From Microgenomates group bacterium (lineage in GTDB: Bacteria > Patescibacteriota > Microgenomatia > UBA10105 > UBA927): a stretch of DNA of 64,000 nucleotides. Below, one piece after another: positions 51,023 through 60,394 of the stretch (positions are counted from its first letter, which is position 1; every line of letters begins with the position of its first letter). The notes below the pieces were generated by a model. The model saw nothing but the letters and a program-made list of their open reading frames with translations. It had not been told where the DNA came from and did not search any database. The stretch spans positions 122,042 to 186,041 of the forward strand of contig JBAQFJ010000001.1 of NCBI GenBank assembly GCA_049287205.1. Reading direction: 5' to 3'. The translations under genes and the position numbers were made by a program.

Positions 51023-51721
51023 ATGGCACACGAGAATACATTTGTCATCTCACTGGGCGGCGCGCTGGTAATACCAAATGAGCGGATTGATACACAGTTT
51101 TTATCCGCGTTTAACGCGTTTATCCGAAAACAAGTCTCCGAAAAAAATCGGAGATTTTTTATAACAGTCGGAGGCGGGGCAGTCATGCGACAATACCGCG
51201 ACGTGGCTAAAGAGGTGCACGGAAATATAACGGAAGCTGATCTTGATTGGTTGGGTATTCATGCGACGAGACTGAATGCGCAGCTGGTTCGAGCAATATT
51301 TAAAGATATTGCTAACCCTCGGCTTATCAAGCATTACGAAATTATTCTAAAAACCACGCAGTCTGTTACGATTGCATCTGGTTGGAAACCAGGCTGGAGC
51401 ATAGATTATTGCGCAGTCACGTTGTGTCAGGACTACGGTATAAAACATATAATCAATATGACAACTAGTGATATGGTATATACGAAAGATTCGAAAACAG
51501 GTACAGATGCAAAACCAACGGATACCATGACGTGGAAAAACTATTGTGCGCTTGCAGGAGACACATGGACGCCAGGACTCACCTTACCGTTTGATCCGAT
51601 TGCAGCGCGACTTGCGGGTGAGATGGATTTGACTGTAAAAATTCTTAATGGAAAAGACTTGGATAATTTGGAGCGGGCGCTTGATAACAAGTCGTTTGTA
51701 GGAACGACGATTGTGAATTGA
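51023..51721 (+). CDS. pyrH: amino-acid-kinase family protein, archaeal-type UMP kinase-like
   Basis: ORF 50972..51721; start MAHENTFVISLGGALV at 51023. AAK-fold N-terminus ISLGG. Confidence 0.5.
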   Translation: MAHENTFVISLGGALVIPNERIDTQFLSAFNAFIRKQVSEKNRRFFITVGGGAVMRQYRDVAKEVHGNITEADLDWLGIHATRLNAQLVRAIFKDIANPRLIKHYEIILKTTQSVTIASGWKPGWSIDYCAVTLCQDYGIKHIINMTTSDMVYTKDSKTGTDAKPTDTMTWKNYCALAGDTWTPGLTLPFDPIAARLAGEMDLTVKILNGKDLDNLERALDNKSFVGTTIVN

Positions 51722-51722
51722 T

Positions 51723-52280
51723 TTACTTCTCTTTTCGCATATCCTGCATGATGAGATAGCGAAGATATACCGATTTTGGTACTTTATTTTTCTTTGCCTG
51801 TTTTGCCAAAAATGAGGCTATTTTTGAGGTGATGAAAAACGTGAATCTTATATCGCTTTCCCCGCGGAAATAATTGATGAAATCGCGGATTGTTTCCGGT
51901 AAATTTTCTTTTGTGTATTTTTCGACGATAAGTTTTTCTTCTTCATTGTTGATGATGAGTGATGGAGGATCTCCTTCGCTGTAGAGGACTAACACGGGTT
52001 TACCTCGGTGGATGGCAAGAGCGATTTCATAGCCTACGGAAATGCTTGGGAACGACGCTTCAACGACGACAAAATCCGCTTCATTAATCCAATCTTCGAA
52101 TTTTTTCTGCATTTTGAGCCGTTCGTCTCGGGTTTCGAAATGGATTTGTTCTTCTGTGGTGTCGAGAATATGGTCTGCTGCCACTTCCACACCATTTTCG
52201 CGGAAGAGTTCAATGATGCGTTTGTAGTGTGCAAGATGATATTTTTTCCCGACGATGGATGCGGTGAAGTAGGCTTTCAT
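51723..52280 (-). CDS. nucleoside 2-deoxyribosyltransferase-like (Rcl/DNPH1-type Rossmann) protein
   Basis: 185 aa; ...ADFVVVEASFPSISVGYEIALAIHRGKPVLVL... resembles the EVGYA catalytic region of the NDT/Rcl family. Confidence 0.45.
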   Translation of the reverse strand: MKAYFTASIVGKKYHLAHYKRIIELFRENGVEVAADHILDTTEEQIHFETRDERLKMQKKFEDWINEADFVVVEASFPSISVGYEIALAIHRGKPVLVLYSEGDPPSLIINNEEEKLIVEKYTKENLPETIRDFINYFRGESDIRFTFFITSKIASFLAKQAKKNKVPKSVYLRYLIMQDMRKEK

Positions 52281-52307
52281 GAGGCGAGTATAGCAAATGA
52301 TGCGCTA

Positions 52308-52961
52308 TTATGGAAGCAGAAAAGTGATGATACTTGTGACGATGGGACTGATGAACCGCAGTACCGGTGACGTCCCGCCAAAGAGAGGGAAGACAAAAAG
52401 GATAATCATGAAGATGCCTAAACCTTGGAGTGATGCCCATTGTTTGCTTTCCCGTTCCGGCAGAATGCCTTCTACAATTTTAAATCCGTCTAAGGGGTGA
52501 ATAGGAATCAGATTAAAAATGGCGAGGTTCACATTGAGGATAACAAACATCATAAGTACGGTAACAAGAAATGTGACAATCCCTTCCAGCATCAGGGAAG
52601 ACGATGTTGGAATAAGAAGAAACAATCGTAACAGTATTGCACTTATGCTAGCGCCAAGGAGATTGGCAACCGGACCTGCGAGTGAGATGAGCATGGTGTC
52701 GCGGCGCGGATTTTTGAGATTAAACGGATCAAAGGGGACTGGCTTTGCCCAACCAAATGATGCAAATAAAATCATGAGGGTTCCTATCGGATCAAGATGT
52801 GCTTTTGGATTGAGTGTGAGTCTTCCCATAAGGCGTGCGGTTGGATCGCCTAAACGGTCAGAAACCCATGCGTGGGCAAACTCATGGATAGTCAGCGCAA
52901 ACACGAATGCAATGATGATACCAAGGAATTCTGTTAGGTTATTGAAGTGGGATAGCAGCAT
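52308..52961 (-). CDS. site-2 protease family zinc metalloprotease (peptidase M50)
   Basis: ORF 52308..53102; start MLLSHFNN at 52961. HEFAHAW (HExxH in a TM helix) and LAGPVANL (LDG-like) motifs. Confidence 0.75.
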   Translation of the reverse strand: MLLSHFNNLTEFLGIIIAFVFALTIHEFAHAWVSDRLGDPTARLMGRLTLNPKAHLDPIGTLMILFASFGWAKPVPFDPFNLKNPRRDTMLISLAGPVANLLGASISAILLRLFLLIPTSSSLMLEGIVTFLVTVLMMFVILNVNLAIFNLIPIHPLDGFKIVEGILPERESKQWASLQGLGIFMIILFVFPLFGGTSPVLRFISPIVTSIITFLLP

Positions 52962-53000
52962 GTGGTATAGTATAACGCATTGTTTGAGAGGTTCCAAATT

Positions 53001-53249
53001 ATGGCATACACATGTGATCTTTGCGAGAAAAAAACACACGCCGGACGGCAACATACCCATCATACTGGTGTGGCCGGAGGTCAGTGGAAGAAACGTGCAC
53101 AAACAACCCTTCGTTCATTTGCGCCAAATTTACATGTCGTTACCATTTCTATTGACGGTGTTATGAAACAGGTTCGTGCATGTACAAAATGCATCAAACG
53201 ATCCAAGTTTGATGAAAAGAAACGGCTTGAAAAGACGGCTTCTAAGTAA
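53001..53249 (+). CDS. rpmB: 50S ribosomal protein L28
   Basis: ORF 52980..53249; start MAYTCDLCEKKTHAGRQHTHHTGVAGGQWKKRAQTT.R.F.PNLH at 53001. Confidence 0.75.
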   Translation: MAYTCDLCEKKTHAGRQHTHHTGVAGGQWKKRAQTTLRSFAPNLHVVTISIDGVMKQVRACTKCIKRSKFDEKKRLEKTASK

Positions 53250-53250
53250 G

Positions 53251-53277
53251 GTGGGTAGGGTCTGACCCACATTTTTC
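53251..53277 (+). terminator. intrinsic terminator after rpmB (stem built partly from a GGGTCTGACCC repeat copy)
   Basis: gtgggt-agggtctg-acccac hairpin followed by atttttcg. Confidence 0.6.
53257..53268. repeat. palindromic element, copy 6 (within rpmB terminator)
   Basis: AGGGTCTGACCC. Confidence 0.6.
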
Positions 53278-53337
53278 GTAAACTCCATATTGACAGGTAT
53301 ATGAAAACTCCGTACTCTGGTTGTAAGGAGATTTCAT

Positions 53338-53616
53338 ATGGCAAAAAAAACACGTCGAACAGTAACAAACAAACCTCAGAAAAAAATGTTTGACCTTTCG
53401 TCGTGGAATTTTATTTTATTTTTGACACTCGCGTTTATTCTCCTTGTTGTTGTACTTACTCAAATGAATAAAGTTAGTTTTGATCTTCGAAGCAAAGCAG
53501 GGTTAACCTGTCCTACACTTACTACGCCGAGAGCAGAGGATTGCGCAGGCGGCTGGACGTTCAAACGGGATACAAATGGCTGTCTTGCGTTTTTTTGTGA
53601 AGCAAAACAAGAATAG
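53338..53616 (+). CDS. small hypothetical membrane-anchored protein
   Basis: 92 aa; basic N-terminus, one TM, Cys-containing C-terminus. Confidence 0.45.
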   Translation: MAKKTRRTVTNKPQKKMFDLSSWNFILFLTLAFILLVVVLTQMNKVSFDLRSKAGLTCPTLTTPRAEDCAGGWTFKRDTNGCLAFFCEAKQE

Positions 53617-53778
53617 TAATTCTGTTTATTTTTAGTTTTTGATTTTTATTCCTCTTCGTTACTATTTCACGGTGACTACGTATAGTTTACCTTATTAAGG
53701 TAGCGTTTTGATTTTGTTTGGATTGTTAATACTTTCTAAAAACTAATTATTGTGATTAAACAAGCGTGAAATCCGTTT

Positions 53779-53809
53779 GAGGGTCAGACCCTGACAGGGT
53801 CAGACCCTG
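53779..53809. repeat. two tandem copies of the palindromic element (copies 7a/7b)
   Basis: GAGGGTCAGACCCTGA + CAGGGTCAGACCCTG; the second overlaps the last codons and stop of fmt. Confidence 0.8.
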
Positions 53810-54753
53810 TGGAGGTAGGCGGTTTGGAAAGTTTCCCAGTCAACGGGATTTTTTCCTTCCAGTTGAACAGTTTTGATGGAAAGTTTTCCATCTCGGACTG
53901 CATAGTCTAATAATTTAAGCCGCTTTTCTTGATTGTCGACGATTACTGTTGTCCAAATGCCCGGCCAAGGAGAAAGAGCCCTGAGAAGGCGAAGCAGAGC
54001 CTCTGGGAGTGGTTCTGTAATTTCTTGCAGTACTGTGCCAAGCCGTTTTTCACGGGTTGCGTCGGTGCCTGCAATTGCAATTGTTATAAGTGGAAATGGA
54101 ACAAATCCATCAGTCCTCGTCAATTTTCGTGCAACAAGGACGTCTTCTTTTTTTTGCAGGATAAGTTCACTGTTTCCTTTGAAATAGGTAGGTAGCGTTT
54201 CAAGCAGAAGTTGCGCACCAATGGTAAATAATTTGGTTCTGAGCGGATCAGGCAGATCATGTTCTGTTATAGGGATTTTTTTTTGCGCGACAATGTCGCC
54301 GCTGTCAAAGCTATCGGTAATGATGGAAATGGTGACTCCTGTCTGGGCATCTCCCGCAATGATCGTCCATGGAACAGGATCTGCACCGCGCCATCTTGGA
54401 AGCAGGGAAGGGTGTAAATTGATACTTCCATGTTTCGGCAGCTTGAGCGCTGCACTTGGCAGTTTTTGTCCGTAACAGGCGGTGACAAACAGATCCGGCT
54501 TAAATGTTGCAAGACTATTCGTGACATCATCGTCATTTTTATATTTCCATCCTTGTTCTTCATCCGCCACAAATGTGAGGCATGGCAATTTTTGTTCTAT
54601 TGCCCAGAGTGCGAGCGGTGTTTTTGTGATTATTTTGTCGCGCCCCACCGGTTTTTCCGGTTGTGTAACCACAGCAGAAAGCGGATATTTTCCATGGAGT
54701 GTACGTGCGACAATGACAGAATCTTCCGTAGAGCCGAAAAAAATGATGTTCAT
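53800..54753 (-). CDS. fmt: methionyl-tRNA formyltransferase
   Basis: 317 aa; NIIFFGST N-terminus and INLHPSLLPRWRGADPVPW formyltransferase motif. The stop TGA lies inside a GGGTCTGACCC repeat copy. Confidence 0.9.
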   Translation of the reverse strand: MNIIFFGSTEDSVIVARTLHGKYPLSAVVTQPEKPVGRDKIITKTPLALWAIEQKLPCLTFVADEEQGWKYKNDDDVTNSLATFKPDLFVTACYGQKLPSAALKLPKHGSINLHPSLLPRWRGADPVPWTIIAGDAQTGVTISIITDSFDSGDIVAQKKIPITEHDLPDPLRTKLFTIGAQLLLETLPTYFKGNSELILQKKEDVLVARKLTRTDGFVPFPLITIAIAGTDATREKRLGTVLQEITEPLPEALLRLLRALSPWPGIWTTVIVDNQEKRLKLLDYAVRDGKLSIKTVQLEGKNPVDWETFQTAYLHRV

Positions 54754-55286
54754 ATGCTGATTTCTTCTAATATCTCTTTCCCGTTTTCGTCTTTGGCATT
54801 TTGATACAGCTTATTTTTTTGCTCGAGTACCCGCTGGGTGAAGAGGACTCCTTGTATATGATCATATTCATGCTGAATGATCACTGCGGGAAATCCGGTG
54901 ATTGTTTCTTCATGATGCTTGCCTTCTTCATCCTGATATTTAATGGTGAGTGACGGAGCACGTTTAACGTCTCCCCAAATGTTTGGAATCGAAAGACATC
55001 CTTCCAGATGTTCTGATTTTTTTGTTGTTTCGGCAAGCGGCTCTTTGTGTATAATTTCTGGATTAATAAACACAGTAATCGGGTCTTTTACTGACGGATG
55101 GATAAGAAACAGTTGTAGACCGAGTCCTACCTGTGGAGCGGCGAGTCCGACACCCTTGGGGTTTCTGGCAGAAAGGAGCGTTTTCTTCATGTCACTCACA
55201 ATTGCCTGCAGTTTTTTGTCAAAGACTGTTATTTTTTTGGCAGGTCTTGACAGGACGGGTTGTGGTATATGAACAATTGGTCGCAT
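54750..55286 (-). CDS. def: peptide deformylase
   Basis: GVGLAAPQVG, EGCLSIP, HEYDHIQG motifs; overlaps the fmt start. Confidence 0.9.
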   Translation of the reverse strand: MRPIVHIPQPVLSRPAKKITVFDKKLQAIVSDMKKTLLSARNPKGVGLAAPQVGLGLQLFLIHPSVKDPITVFINPEIIHKEPLAETTKKSEHLEGCLSIPNIWGDVKRAPSLTIKYQDEEGKHHEETITGFPAVIIQHEYDHIQGVLFTQRVLEQKNKLYQNAKDENGKEILEEISI

Positions 55287-55290
55287 AGCG

Positions 55291-57405
55291 TTATTCTACC
55301 AGTTTTTTGAATTCCTCGTCTTGGCTGTCAACGGTGGTGAGATACGTAGTGATGGTTGTACGCGCCAGATCGGTTTGTTTGGTTTCCGTATAAAAAATAA
55401 ACAGCGCGTAGTAGGCATCCCGGTAATTGGGTTTTAAATCAATTGCGTGTTTCAGATAGTGTATAGCTTTGTCTGCATCGTTGGTGCGTCCGGAAAGAAT
55501 AGCAAGATTGTATGCAATTTTTGGATCCGCAGGGGATAAGCGTTCAGCTTTTGTCAGTGCCTGTATGGCTGCAGTGACAAGCGTTTCATCAAAAGCGGTG
55601 AGTGCATAGTAGATTTTCGTTTGTGATTTCCAATAATTAACATTATTCGGCGAAATGGCGATAGCTGCGTTATTTTCAGCAAGGGCATATGCTGCAAGCG
55701 TGGATGCAAGTGTTGCATCCTGATTATCCATTGCCGCAACAGAAAGAGATGCCAACACACTCGCATATTCATCGTGGTAAAGCGGTTCGTTTGGATTTAA
55801 CGCTATGGCTGTTTGGAGCGGACGATACGAGGACGCATATTGTCCTTGATGTGCAAGTCTGTAGCCGGTTGCAAATGTTTTATCCGCAATCCATGTCAGG
55901 ACGAGAAATCCGATGATGGCAGTCGCGGCAATACTCACTGTGCCGAGAAAGACCCGTTGCAAGGGGTCGGTAAGCGTTAATTTTTGTTCCCGCATATGCA
56001 TATCTTTTTTTATTGTTACAAACAACGCTCCCGGCATAAGGAACAATAAGAGTTGTGTGACAACAACAGAAAATCCGAAAAAGTTTGTGATGAGGATAGA
56101 CAGCCAGCCGAGCAGTATGCCCCAAACAAGGAGCGTTTGGTCTTTGTGTTTCCGTATTTGGTTGAGACTCCAGATGAGTACTGTCATGAGAAATGAAAGA
56201 TATGCGCCAAGTCCAAATATTCCAGTGGTTGCAAGATAATTGAGATATTCGTTGTGTGCTTTGTTATATAAAAAATCCCATTCACTGGTCAGGTTATGTC
56301 CGACGGGTTTGTTTTGGTAAAAGGCAAATGCGAATGTTTCCGTTCCGGTGCCGATGAGTTGAGTTTTTCGCGAGCTGTTCCACGCATTGATAGCCCCTTG
56401 CCAAACATATTTTCGAATAACTCCAGATTCTGTACCGCCAGTTTCAAGGACTGGGCCTATTGGTATGGTTTCCGCTACTATTGCAGTATCTGTGGCATGC
56501 GAAGCCGCGTTTGACGCGGTGAGTTGTTGTTGTATCCCAGCAAATGTTGTATATCTGTCGATGGTCGGATTATTTGTTCCGGTAAAGAAGAAAAATATGC
56601 CGAGTATAAGATGAAATGCCAGTATCGGTGCAATACGTTGTTTCATTGTGATTTTTTTCTCTTCCTGTGTTTGTCGGAACAGGAAATAGGAACCCATCCA
56701 AAACAGCAGATCAATGACAAGGAATGCGATCAATCCCGAGCGTGACCTTGTATATAACAGGGTGATGAAATAGAGGAGTGTGACTGCAATCGGTACGATC
56801 GTATTCGGCCAATGGGACTTCCTGGCATACGCGATGCTGAGTGTGATGGGGATCAGTGCCACGACATAGGCTGCAAGCCAATTTGGTTGACCAAGTGTGG
56901 AAAATATGCGTGCCTGCACATCCTGCACCCACAGATGTTTATCAATACCAAAATGCTCTAGGACGCCGTAGAGTGAGACAACAACTGCAGTGCTGAAAAG
57001 AAATTTGCCCAGTTTTGGGAGGGCAGTTTTTTCGACATTTGAGGTAAAGGCATAAAAGAGCAGTGTATAACAGAAAATAGACAGCATGCCACCATTAAAC
57101 CGTGAATAATAGCCGAACCAGGAAACGTGCGGGTCTATGGAAAACAGGGTACTCACAAGTTGTGAAAGAACGAATAAAATGATTGGAATATCAAACGGTG
57201 TTTTCGTTATAAAAATGCGTTTCTGAACAATCATTTTACTCACCCACGCACCAACGATTACTGCAGTTATTCCGTACACCGCCATCATCTTATTGTATTC
57301 AAAAAGTTCATAGTTGACTGGGGTAAGGAGAAGCGGGACTAAAAGTGCAAGGAGCGCGTAGCCGATATGGATACATTTGTCGGTGATAGTACTGATTTTT
57401 TGCAT
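55291..57405 (-). CDS. O-antigen ligase-like membrane protein with C-terminal TPR domain
   Basis: 704 aa; over 10 TM N-terminal region; C-terminal TPR repeats. Confidence 0.55.
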   Translation of the reverse strand: MQKISTITDKCIHIGYALLALLVPLLLTPVNYELFEYNKMMAVYGITAVIVGAWVSKMIVQKRIFITKTPFDIPIILFVLSQLVSTLFSIDPHVSWFGYYSRFNGGMLSIFCYTLLFYAFTSNVEKTALPKLGKFLFSTAVVVSLYGVLEHFGIDKHLWVQDVQARIFSTLGQPNWLAAYVVALIPITLSIAYARKSHWPNTIVPIAVTLLYFITLLYTRSRSGLIAFLVIDLLFWMGSYFLFRQTQEEKKITMKQRIAPILAFHLILGIFFFFTGTNNPTIDRYTTFAGIQQQLTASNAASHATDTAIVAETIPIGPVLETGGTESGVIRKYVWQGAINAWNSSRKTQLIGTGTETFAFAFYQNKPVGHNLTSEWDFLYNKAHNEYLNYLATTGIFGLGAYLSFLMTVLIWSLNQIRKHKDQTLLVWGILLGWLSILITNFFGFSVVVTQLLLFLMPGALFVTIKKDMHMREQKLTLTDPLQRVFLGTVSIAATAIIGFLVLTWIADKTFATGYRLAHQGQYASSYRPLQTAIALNPNEPLYHDEYASVLASLSVAAMDNQDATLASTLAAYALAENNAAIAISPNNVNYWKSQTKIYYALTAFDETLVTAAIQALTKAERLSPADPKIAYNLAILSGRTNDADKAIHYLKHAIDLKPNYRDAYYALFIFYTETKQTDLARTTITTYLTTVDSQDEEFKKLVE

Positions 57406-57636
57406 ACGGATTTTAGTATATCATAGGCAACAAGTACGTTGACTTAGGAGGCTAAATGTTATAGGATATTGGTCTGAAGCGGGTTTACCCGTTTTTAGGG
57501 TGTTTTTTGGTTCATTACGACCGAAAAATCCAAAGATGGAGCAAGTCTCATCTTTGTTAATGACTACGTTATTTGCGGATCGTGGAAATGTTCATGATTT
57601 GACGAATAGCCTAGTTTTTAGATCTTTTACAAGTGA

Positions 57637-57843
57637 ATGAAGAATATTATTCGTAGAGGAGCAGACGAGATGGATAATCCATTGGCAAATGTTGTACCAG
57701 AGTTAGGTGTTATGGCAAAAACACTGAGAGAAGTGCTTGAGAAATCAAGTTCTGAATTTTTAGGTGTTAAACCGCAACGTCCTGAAATAACTGAGCAAGA
57801 TTCCCATAAAATAGACGATGAGAACGATGACAAGGAGAACTAA
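57637..57843 (+). CDS. small acidic hypothetical protein
   Basis: 68 aa; GAGGAG RBS upstream; no motif. Confidence 0.3.
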   Translation: MKNIIRRGADEMDNPLANVVPELGVMAKTLREVLEKSSSEFLGVKPQRPEITEQDSHKIDDENDDKEN

Positions 57844-58065
57844 ATGAAAGCCAACTCTAGCTCGAAAGTAACAACTGTATTTGATGCGCTTCAAGCTGCA
57901 ATTCAAGGAGTTTTTCAAAATAAATCTGGAAAAGGGGGCCAAAATACGGCTGTTGTCATCACGAATTCAGTGTCGGTTCAAGACCCATTTGGAGGTTCTG
58001 CGAAAGGTGAAAGTAGAGTTACTATCAGCAAAGAAGTTCACCCGCAGGAACAACAACGCCATTAA
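57844..58065 (+). CDS. small hypothetical protein
   Basis: 73 aa, start abuts the upstream ORF stop. Confidence 0.3.
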   Translation: MKANSSSKVTTVFDALQAAIQGVFQNKSGKGGQNTAVVITNSVSVQDPFGGSAKGESRVTISKEVHPQEQQRH

Positions 58066-58076
58066 TTTGTGTCACC

Positions 58077-58859
58077 TTGAGGAGAAGAGAAATGGAACAA
58101 AAATCGTTCAACGAAAAGAACGCGTGGTTTCTCAAAATTTTGTGGTTGTGTTTCTTTTTTGTTCTGACGGCATTTGGAAGCTATTGGGTGAATAAACAAT
58201 TACCAAAACTTCATCCATGGGCAATCGAATCTTTCGTTTGGTGGTTGGTGACGCTTGTAGCGCTCACGCGTGTAAAGCCGGAAAATAAAGAAGGCTTTTG
58301 GAAAAAAAGTGCCGCGTACGCGGAAAGAGTGCTGCTTAGCCTGTTTAATCTGGCGCTTTTGTCTTTTGCAACCATTACGGAGTTAATTTACTTAGGTAAA
58401 TCGTCGTGGTTTGCCCTTGTGCCGGCGGTGTTATGGATTGTTATCCTAACGCTTATTGTTTTTAGCAATCATCGCCGAGATCATCCGAAAGAAGAATCTG
58501 AATCTTTTGAGGAAGAACAATCTATGCCTTCCGGCTTGGAGAATCTGTCGGTAAAGCATGAATTGTTGGCGGAATTCGGACTTCCTGTTCGATCCGGAGC
58601 ATATCTCAATTTGGCTGATTTTCAAAATGCATTGGCGGATTTGGCGCATGCAAAAATAACCACAGCAAAAGCAGAATTTCTTCAAAGTATTGTTGCCGCG
58701 CAAAATAAAAATGCGATTTCCGCAGAAGAAGCGGCGCAACAGATTAGAAACGAGTTAGGTATCCGAGATACAAATAACGAAACACCAATTGAAGAGACAC
58801 AAAGACTAGTCGTTCCAATTCAATCAACAACAAGAAGTCGGAAAGGTTGGCGTCCATGA
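58077..58859 (+). CDS. hypothetical membrane protein
   Basis: 260 aa; 4 TM in the N-terminal half, helical C-terminus. Confidence 0.5.
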   Translation: MRRREMEQKSFNEKNAWFLKILWLCFFFVLTAFGSYWVNKQLPKLHPWAIESFVWWLVTLVALTRVKPENKEGFWKKSAAYAERVLLSLFNLALLSFATITELIYLGKSSWFALVPAVLWIVILTLIVFSNHRRDHPKEESESFEEEQSMPSGLENLSVKHELLAEFGLPVRSGAYLNLADFQNALADLAHAKITTAKAEFLQSIVAAQNKNAISAEEAAQQIRNELGIRDTNNETPIEETQRLVVPIQSTTRSRKGWRP

Positions 58860-59635
58860 TCACTTATATCTTATGTGGTATACCATTGTTGTATCTTTTT
58901 GCTCTGGTATATCCAAAAAACTGGTTTTCTGTCAATGCGACAGAGCGAGGCGGCATTTTTCGTTTCGGGAAGCTTATCCGAATTGTAGAGCCGGGTTTTC
59001 ATCATATTTGGCCTTGGGAAGAATACAGGGTTGATGATACTCGTGTACAGGAAGCGAAAATTCCGATAACAGATATGGCGGTCATCGGTATTACGAATAT
59101 GTTGTTTCGTATCGACCTCCAGATCTTCTTTCAGATTTTAGATCCGATCGCATTGTATTTGAAATATAAAGGAAACATCATCGATGCGCTAATTTCATTG
59201 GCTGAAGGTGCTTTAACACAGGCGTTGAATCAAATGAAAGACATTAATCCTTTTGATTCAACTGATGGTAAAAATCAGCTGTACGAATTGAGTGAACGGA
59301 TTTTAAGGCAAGATGCGGCGGATTTGGGAATCGTCATCGAGAAATATGTATTTCAGCGGGTGTATCCTCCAAAATCTGTTTTGGCAAAAAGTGAACAGAT
59401 TATGGATGCAGAAGGTACTGCTGCATCGTTGAAAATCCTCAGTGATGCGCAAGCTGCTCAAGCTGAAGCACTTGGGAATAACTTTCTGCCATTGCAGGCA
59501 ATCAAGGCAGTACAGGAAGCTATCGAAAAAGGTTCAGCAAATGGGGCATTCAAAACATTTGTGTTGGGCGAAGGATCTGTGTCTAGTTTGCTCCAGCTGA
59601 TTGATCAGGAAGGAAAGGATAAAAACGATGGATAA
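58847..59635 (+). CDS. SPFH/band-7 (stomatin/prohibitin-like) domain protein
   Basis: 262 aa; N-terminal TM; ...ERGGIFRFGKLIRIVEPGFHHIWPW... typical SPFH core. Confidence 0.55.
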   Translation: MASMITYILCGIPLLYLFALVYPKNWFSVNATERGGIFRFGKLIRIVEPGFHHIWPWEEYRVDDTRVQEAKIPITDMAVIGITNMLFRIDLQIFFQILDPIALYLKYKGNIIDALISLAEGALTQALNQMKDINPFDSTDGKNQLYELSERILRQDAADLGIVIEKYVFQRVYPPKSVLAKSEQIMDAEGTAASLKILSDAQAAQAEALGNNFLPLQAIKAVQEAIEKGSANGAFKTFVLGEGSVSSLLQLIDQEGKDKNDG

Positions 59636-60131
59636 TTTCATTGTTCTTTTGGTTTTTCAAGGATGGGAATTTGTCAAAACGTTACGAAAGTATTTGCCTG
59701 GGGGACTCTATCTTGTCCTTTGCCTGCTTGTTGCTTTTTGGTATAAAGCACCAATCCTCCCGATTTTTCGATCAATGTCCGATGCAACCTATACCTATGG
59801 AATTCTTACGATTTCCTTTGTTGCTTGGACAATCGCGTATTGGGCTTTTGTCCTGACGAGGAAAGAGTATGAAATTCCACCAAAAACAGAAAAGCAGAAA
59901 GCTACGATACAGGTCGGAAACAGAAATTTGGTTTCCGTGCTATTCGGTGTCGTAGCAGTTCTAATTTTTTGGTTGTTGGGAATTTCAAGATTAGCATTGA
60001 TCATCATCGGCGTTATCCAGTTTTCGGCGTTTGTGTTTGGAGATAAATTTCAACAACAGGCGGAGTATATCCTGCCGAAGTTTGTTAATTTTTCTCTCTT
60101 GCTTTTGGGTGCATGGATTGTCGGTGCTTAG
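59628..60131 (+). CDS. hypothetical integral membrane protein
   Basis: ORF 59601..60131; start MDNFIV at 59628 overlaps the SPFH gene stop. Confidence 0.45.
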   Translation: MDNFIVLLVFQGWEFVKTLRKYLPGGLYLVLCLLVAFWYKAPILPIFRSMSDATYTYGILTISFVAWTIAYWAFVLTRKEYEIPPKTEKQKATIQVGNRNLVSVLFGVVAVLIFWLLGISRLALIIIGVIQFSAFVFGDKFQQQAEYILPKFVNFSLLLLGAWIVGA

Positions 60132-60307
60132 TTTCTTCATTCACAACCTGTATAAAAACAGGATGCCTGAAAGGTAAAAAAATTGCGACTGTCTATCTGA
60201 CGGTTTCGATTTTTCTTTCCGGTTCGAGCTGGTGTAGTGAAATTTGATTGACCAATCTATCGGTCTTCTTATTTCACTGCACCTGCTCTTTTTCCTTCCT
60301 ACAATGT

Positions 60308-60326
60308 GGAGAGGGTCAGACCCTCG
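60308..60326. repeat. palindromic element, copy 8
   Basis: GGAGAGGGTCAGACCCTCG. Confidence 0.8.
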
Positions 60327-60368
60327 CTCGTTGTAGGCAGAGAAGAGAGTATTTCACAATATAAATTT

Positions 60369-60386
60369 CACGAGGGTCAGACCCTG
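60369..60386. repeat. palindromic element, copy 9
   Basis: ttcacGAGGGTCAGACCCTG; shares a 20-nt extended context with copy 3. Confidence 0.8.
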
Positions 60387-60394
60387 TAAACAAT

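Noticed and set aside
53779-53809. Possible CRISPR array from tandem GGGTCAGACCC units.
   Set aside because: Only two directly adjacent units with no spacers, and the same unit is dispersed singly elsewhere. Not a CRISPR array.
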